Source: a bacterium
GTDB lineage: Bacteria; UBA8248
Reading direction: 5' to 3'
Length of the DNA stretch: 64,000 bases
Assembly: GCA_965219955.1 (NCBI GenBank)
Contig: OZ244799.1
Span: 1,440,001-1,504,000 of the forward strand
Numbering within the stretch: the first letter of the stretch is position 1; each line of letters begins with the position of its first letter. Under the pieces are notes generated by a model. The model had not been told where the DNA came from and searched no databases. It saw nothing but the letters and a program-made list of their open reading frames with translations. Below are positions 58,799 through 64,000 of the stretch, one piece after another. Both the position numbers and the translations under genes were made by a program.

Positions 58799-59887
58799 TT
58801 AAGCCAGCACGAGCTGGCAAGGATTCGTGGCCCGATATTCGGCCTTCTTGTTAGTGATCTCCATCACACGGGGCAGGTTTTCGATGCCGTGCTCCTCGTG
58901 CGTGATGAGAGAGTTCACATCTATCCTTCCGCTGGCCACCCATTGTCCGCCCAGAGCCACGGTGTCCGCTCCATGGCCTTCGGGGTAAATCCACTGAACC
59001 CCCTGGGCGCGCATGAAGACGGGGTCGAATTTCACGTCGCCGATGAGACCCGCGACCTGGATGACGCGCCCGCCGATGCGCACCATGCGCGTCGCCTGGT
59101 GAAGCGTGGTGTGGCCCGAGAGGCCCTGATCCGCGTTGCCGCCCGCGCACTCGAAAACGAGGTCGACGCCCTTGCCCGCCGTGATCTCCATCACCTTCTC
59201 GACGGGATCATCCACTCTCGCGTCGATGACTTCATCCGCACCGAACTTGCGGCTCAAGGCGAGGGCCTCGTCTTTCACGTCGCTCACATAGACGGCCCCT
59301 GCTCCGCAGGTGCGCGCGGCCTGCAAGGCGTAGAGACCCATGACCCCCTGACCGGTGATGGCCACCGTCTCGCCCGTCTGGATCTTCGCATCGCGCATGG
59401 CGGCGACCGTGGAGGAAAGCGGCTGGAGACATGCGATGGATGTATCGTCCAGCGTCTGCGGCGGCCTCACGAGGCCGTGCGCGGGCAGCGAGATGTATTC
59501 GGCGAACGCGCCCGGGGTGTTGATGCCCACGTGGAGCTTGTCGATGCAATACATCTCCCGCCCCTCGCGGCAGAAACTGCACTTTTGGCACGGAACGTGG
59601 CCGGAAGTGCACACCCTGTCACCGGGCCTTAAGTGCTCGACGCCATCGCCCACCTCGACGACTTCCGCGCTCATCTCGTGCCCCAGCAACTGCACGGGCG
59701 CATATTTTTCGAGCATTTCCCTCAAAAGCGCCGAATTGATGGTTCCGATGCCCAGGGACCTCTGCACGTCGGTGATGCTCGGCTGCACACGCCGCACCTT
59801 GCACACGGCCCAGCCCGGCTTCACCTCGGGATCGGGCACCTCATCCAACCGCATATCGCCAAAGGCGTAGAAACGCCACGCTTTCAT
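58799..59887 (-). CDS. Zn-binding MDR dehydrogenase lacking the catalytic Cys
   Basis: VQPSITD in place of CGICxTD; GHE; CxxCxxCx7C; GQGVMG. Confidence 0.85.
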   Translation of the reverse strand: MKAWRFYAFGDMRLDEVPDPEVKPGWAVCKVRRVQPSITDVQRSLGIGTINSALLREMLEKYAPVQLLGHEMSAEVVEVGDGVEHLRPGDRVCTSGHVPCQKCSFCREGREMYCIDKLHVGINTPGAFAEYISLPAHGLVRPPQTLDDTSIACLQPLSSTVAAMRDAKIQTGETVAITGQGVMGLYALQAARTCGAGAVYVSDVKDEALALSRKFGADEVIDARVDDPVEKVMEITAGKGVDLVFECAGGNADQGLSGHTTLHQATRMVRIGGRVIQVAGLIGDVKFDPVFMRAQGVQWIYPEGHGADTVALGGQWVASGRIDVNSLITHEEHGIENLPRVMEITNKKAEYRATNPCQLVLA

Positions 59888-60013
59888 GCTTGCGAACCCT
59901 CCACTTGTAAAGGCAAACTCACCGCAATAGCTCTTAACACTCTTTTCCCCATCCGCCAAGACTGGGCGGGAGATTTGTTTGCGCGCGGCTTTCCGCCCGC
60001 GCGAGGAGAAAAC

Positions 60014-61063
60014 ATGCCGGACATCAAGGTTCATGCAAAAAATCTTCATGCCTATCTCGCGCGCGTCTACCAGGCGCTCGGCCTCCCCGAATCGGACGCC
60101 AACGCGTGTGCGGCCCAGATTGTGGACGCCGAACTGAGGGGCGTGGGTTCGCACGGGTGCGTTCGCTTCGGGGTCTTCGTGGAGCGCCTCAAAAACGGGA
60201 CGGCGAACCCGAAGCCCAGCGTGCGAACCATCACCGATCTGCCCGCTTTTACCCTCCTGGACGGAGACTACGGCATGAGCGCGGTCGTCGCTCGGCGCGC
60301 CATGGAGGCCGCCATCGAGAAGGCGAAGGCCGGCGGCATCGGCGCCGCCGCGATCCGCAAATCCTCCCACACGGGCCACATCGGCTATTTCGCCGCCATG
60401 GCGCTCGAACACGGGATGATCGGCATGGTCATCAGCGGCGCTGTGGGAAACCTTGCCCCGTGGGGCGGTTTCGAGAGAATGATCGGGAACAACCCGGTGG
60501 CCTTCGCGGTTCCCTCGAACCAGGAATATCCCATCCTCTTCGACATCGCCACCTCCAAGGTGGCGAGAGGCTACGTGCTGCTGGCCGCCAGGACGGGGGA
60601 GCCGATCCCTGAGGGCTGGGCGCTCGACCCTTCAGGCAACCCGACCACGGACGCCGACCTCGCCGCAAAGGGAACCATGCTGCCCCTGGGCGATTACAAG
60701 GGATACGGCCTGGCGCTCATGTTCACCTTCCTGACGGGGGCGCTTACGGGCAACGGTTTCGACGCCGACCAGCCCGATTGGCTGGAGACGGATAAACCAT
60801 TCGGCCTGCCCATGTTCGCCATGGCGATAGACCCGGAGAGATGCCTGGGCGGCGGCTACAAAGCGGCGGTGAATGAGGCCGTGGCGCGGATCAAGGCCTC
60901 GGGCCTGGCGCCGGGTTTCGATGAAATCCGCATCCCCGGCGAAGGCGCTCACCGCAGGTACCAGGCGGCACTGGCCGAGGGCATCCCGATCAAAGAAGCG
61001 CTCGCTCAGGATCTGGACCGGATCGCGGCGGAAGTCGGCGTTTCGCCGTTGCCCGGAAACTGA
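60014..61063 (+). CDS. Ldh_2 family oxidoreductase
   Basis: AELRGVGSHG, SSHTG, GNNP, FDIATS, YKGYGL; GAGGAG RBS. Confidence 0.9.
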   Translation: MPDIKVHAKNLHAYLARVYQALGLPESDANACAAQIVDAELRGVGSHGCVRFGVFVERLKNGTANPKPSVRTITDLPAFTLLDGDYGMSAVVARRAMEAAIEKAKAGGIGAAAIRKSSHTGHIGYFAAMALEHGMIGMVISGAVGNLAPWGGFERMIGNNPVAFAVPSNQEYPILFDIATSKVARGYVLLAARTGEPIPEGWALDPSGNPTTDADLAAKGTMLPLGDYKGYGLALMFTFLTGALTGNGFDADQPDWLETDKPFGLPMFAMAIDPERCLGGGYKAAVNEAVARIKASGLAPGFDEIRIPGEGAHRRYQAALAEGIPIKEALAQDLDRIAAEVGVSPLPGN

Positions 61064-61205
61064 ACGGGATGAAAACCCCCGTCTTTGTTGAAGTGTTGGC
61101 TCCCATGCGCTAGGTTTATGGCTCGTTGATTGGACGATTCTCAATTATCCGTCACATGGCTGGGTGCGAGGCGTTTTCGCGCCCTGAATTTTTGAAGGAG
61201 AAGAT

Positions 61206-61499
61206 ATGCCGGTAACTGCAATGATCATCGAAGAAGGAGACAACGTCGCCACCTGTCTCGAAAAGGTGGCGAAGGGAGGCTCCGTCCGCCTCATGCTCAA
61301 CGGAAAGATGGGCAAGACGCTCAAGGCCAACCAGGCGATTCCCTACATCCACAAAATCTGCATCAAGCCCCTGAAAAAGGGCGAGCACTGCATGAAATAC
61401 GGCCTGTCCATCGGCGTGGCGAGCAAAGACATCAAGGTGGGCGACTACATTCACGTACACAACATAGAGAGCGCCCGCGGCCGCGGCGACCTCGAGTAG
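61206..61499 (+). CDS. UxaA/SuyA-like small subunit (SAF domain)
   Basis: DNVAT, HKIC, KYGLSIG, GDYIHVHN. Confidence 0.88.
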   Translation: MPVTAMIIEEGDNVATCLEKVAKGGSVRLMLNGKMGKTLKANQAIPYIHKICIKPLKKGEHCMKYGLSIGVASKDIKVGDYIHVHNIESARGRGDLE

Positions 61500-61514
61500 A
61501 AAAGGAGGTCCAGG

Positions 61515-62726
61515 ATGGCCAGAAGAAACGGAAGAGGCGCAAGCTCATCGAAACGTCTGAGAAAAACCTGGTGGGGATATCCCCGGGAAAACGGCGACGT
61601 GGGCGCGAGAAACTACCTGCTCTTATTGAGCGGCACGCTTTACGCCAACCCCACGTGCGAGCGCGTCGCGAGGACTTTAAGGCATAGCGTCGCCCTCACC
61701 CACCCGCTGGGCCGCTGCCAGATCGGCCCCGACATCCAGCGCACGTTCGAGACCCTCGTCGGGCACGGGCAGAACGCCAACGCGGGCGCCGTCATCGTCA
61801 TCGACCATCACCGCGAGGAAGGCTGCACGGCAGACGAGATAGCCCATGAAATCGCCAAAACGGGGAAACGGGTGGAAGCGATCAACATCCGCGAAGACGG
61901 CGGCGCGATAGACGCCACCGCCAAGGCCACGCGCATCGGGATGGAGATGCTGAGAGAGCTCACGAACGAACGGCGCCAGGAAGTTTCCGTGAGCAAGCTC
62001 CTGTTGGGCCTCAACTGCGGGACGTCGGACACCACCTCGGGCCTCTCCCACAACAAGGCCACCGGCTGGGTGACGGACCAGGTGGTCAAGCTGGGCGGAC
62101 GCGCGCTTTTGGCCGAAACCACGGAGATGATGGGCGGCGAGGGCGTGCTGGCCGACAAATGCGTGCGGCCGGCCCTGGGCAAGCGCATCTGGAGGATGGT
62201 GGAGGAGATGGAAGAGCGCATCCTCGCCTGCGGCGTGGATCTCCGGGGCAGCCAGCCCACGGGCGACAACATGGAGGGCGGCCTGACCACGATTGAAGAG
62301 AAATCCCTGGGCGCCATCCAGAAGGCGGGCTCCGCCCCCATCGTGGACGTGATCCCGTGGGCGAAGCGCGCGAACCGCAGAAACGGGCTCCACGTGATGG
62401 ACACCCCGGGCCACGGGGGCGAGTCCATTACCGGCATCGCGGCGGGCGGCTCCCAGGTGCTCATCTTCTCCACGGGCGGCGGCCATACCATCAACCACCC
62501 CCTGATGAGCACCATCCGCATCACGGGCAATCCGCTCTCGGCGAGGCTTCAGGCCGACACCACGGACGTGGACGTGACGGACATCTTCGAGGGTGCTCCC
62601 ATCGAGGTGGCCGGACGCCGCGTGTATGACGAGGTGCTCGAAGTCGCGAGCGGGAAGATGACGAAGGCCGAAATCCTGCACGAGGACAACGCCTTCGCCA
62701 TCAACAGGAATGGGCCCAGCGTCTAG
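61515..62726 (+). CDS. UxaA/SuyB-like dehydratase/sulfo-lyase large subunit
   Basis: GYPRENGDVGARN, CGTSDTTSG, NMEGGLTTIEEKSLG, MDTPG. Confidence 0.88.
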   Translation: MARRNGRGASSSKRLRKTWWGYPRENGDVGARNYLLLLSGTLYANPTCERVARTLRHSVALTHPLGRCQIGPDIQRTFETLVGHGQNANAGAVIVIDHHREEGCTADEIAHEIAKTGKRVEAINIREDGGAIDATAKATRIGMEMLRELTNERRQEVSVSKLLLGLNCGTSDTTSGLSHNKATGWVTDQVVKLGGRALLAETTEMMGGEGVLADKCVRPALGKRIWRMVEEMEERILACGVDLRGSQPTGDNMEGGLTTIEEKSLGAIQKAGSAPIVDVIPWAKRANRRNGLHVMDTPGHGGESITGIAAGGSQVLIFSTGGGHTINHPLMSTIRITGNPLSARLQADTTDVDVTDIFEGAPIEVAGRRVYDEVLEVASGKMTKAEILHEDNAFAINRNGPSV

Positions 62727-62859
62727 GAGATTCATCATCAGCCCCCGCAGGTTGCTCTCCGGGGGTTTGGTTCACGCGGCGTTGCGGGAGAATTCTCTCG
62801 CCCAAGCGGTCCGATTTCCCACGGAAATCACTGAAGTTTCCCCTCGCCAGCGGGATTAG

Positions 62860-63435
62860 GTGATGAAATCCCTGCCCTACGCCGAGTCCATCGCAAAGCT
62901 CGCCGAAGAAGAACGGGGGGACGGCTGGCTCGCATTCTGCGAGAGGGAAAACCTCTATCAGCTTCCCGTGGTCGAATGGCTGGACGCGCTGGCAGAGGAA
63001 ATCCTGGCCCTTGCTCCCGAAACGCCTCTGGAAGTGGGGGCCGGGAACGCCGCGATCGGAAAAGCGCTGCAGGCGCGCGGCGTGAACCTGAAGCTCACGG
63101 ACCCGGCCGAAGGCGAGGGAACCGAAGCCCTGGACGCGCGGGAGGCGCTCCTCGCCCATGCGCCCGATTTCGTGTTCTCCTGCTGGATGCCGTATGATTC
63201 AGGCGCTGAGCGACAGATATTGGGCGCGAGCGGCATCCGCTGGTATCTGGCGGTGGTGCAGCAGGGACCGGGCTACGCCGGGAGCGAAGCGCTGTGGGAC
63301 ACGCCCGGCTGGAGCGTGCGGGAGTTGAGCGAGGTGAACCGCTGGTCGGTTTCGCGGGCCGATTTTCTGGGCGAGGTCGATTCGGGCGAGCACGTCCGGC
63401 ACGGGATGGCCTATCTGTTCACGCGTGAGGAGTGA
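62860..63435 (+). CDS. Hypothetical protein with SAM-binding-like motif
   Basis: PLEVGAGNA glycine motif; co-oriented with neighbours. Confidence 0.5.
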   Translation: MMKSLPYAESIAKLAEEERGDGWLAFCERENLYQLPVVEWLDALAEEILALAPETPLEVGAGNAAIGKALQARGVNLKLTDPAEGEGTEALDAREALLAHAPDFVFSCWMPYDSGAERQILGASGIRWYLAVVQQGPGYAGSEALWDTPGWSVRELSEVNRWSVSRADFLGEVDSGEHVRHGMAYLFTREE

Positions 63436-64000
63436 ATGAGCGGACACACGACGGGCGAGAAGCTCCACACTTTTTTAGAGCGGGTCTTCAGCAAGCTGGG
63501 CATGCCGGCTGAGGACGCCGCATGGACGGCGGATACGCTCGTGACGGCCGAGTTGCGCGACGTCACCAGCCACGGCGTGATCCGCATGCCGCACTACGCC
63601 AGGCGTCTGGAGGTCAAGCTGGCGAATCCGGCTCCCAATTTCAAAGTCGTCAAAGACGCAGGCGCACTCGCGCTCGCAGACGGCGACAACGGCATGGGAC
63701 AGGTGGTCTCCAAACGCGCGATGGAAGAGGCCATCGACCGCGCGCGGCTCCATAACGTGGGCGTCGTCCTGCTCAAGGAGAGCAACCATTTCGGCGCCGC
63801 CGCGACGTATGCCGCCATGGCTCCAGAAGCCGGCATGGTGGGCCTCGTGACGACGAACACGCTGCGCGTACTGCCCCCGGCTGGAGGCAAGGAACCCAGG
63901 ATCGGCAACAATCCCGTCTCTATCGCCCTGCCGAGCGACCCGCCCATGGTGCTGGACATGGCGCTCTCCGTCGTGGCCCGGGGCTACATTATCGAGGCGG
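63436..64000 (+). CDS. Ldh_2 family oxidoreductase (partial, runs off the window)
   Basis: Manual translation MSGHTTGEKLHTFLERVFSKLGM...AELRDVTSHG...SNHFG...GNNP...LDMA; GAGGAG RBS. Confidence 0.88.
   Translation, partial: MSGHTTGEKLHTFLERVFSKLGMPAEDAAWTADTLVTAELRDVTSHGVIRMPHYARRLEVKLANPAPNFKVVKDAGALALADGDNGMGQVVSKRAMEEAIDRARLHNVGVVLLKESNHFGAAATYAAMAPEAGMVGLVTTNTLRVLPPAGGKEPRIGNNPVSIALPSDPPMVLDMALSVVARGYIIEA

Overview
Bacterial chromosomal window with no rRNA, tRNA, CRISPR array or intact transposase that I can see. It is mostly high-GC (roughly 60-65% by spot counts), but the first ~3.6 kb, the rimP-nusA-ylxR/L7Ae-infB operon, is clearly more AT-rich. Contents: an acetoin/pyruvate dehydrogenase-type E1a/E1b/E2 cluster; an orphan Dam-like methylase; a MetE-like/Zn-ADH/flavin reductase/VOC catabolic operon; pcrA/uvrD, miaB and hup; an Fe3+/polyamine-type ABC operon with tandem-duplicated binding proteins; a complete but non-canonical System I cytochrome c maturation (ccm) operon; ilvC; a delta-9-type desaturase with an 11-mer-repeat tail; and a long small-molecule catabolism region (triple-RidA protein, Liv-type ABC transporter, OYE, SDRs, Ldh_2 enzymes, split UxaA/SuyAB). 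Best finds: (1) a hidden AhpD/CMD-like selenoprotein (9025-9687) with a CxxU motif and an in-gene SECIS hairpin, which the ORF track cuts at the UGA; (2) transposase-less elements with GGGGYTGTTGAAAAA-type ends that carry nested palindromic repeat families, one inserted into another hairpin with a near-perfect 5-bp duplication; (3) mosaic divergence of the duplicated binding proteins; (4) CcmE with CPSKF and CcmH with SxxC-x7-C in one operon. All family calls come from motif recognition, not database searches.
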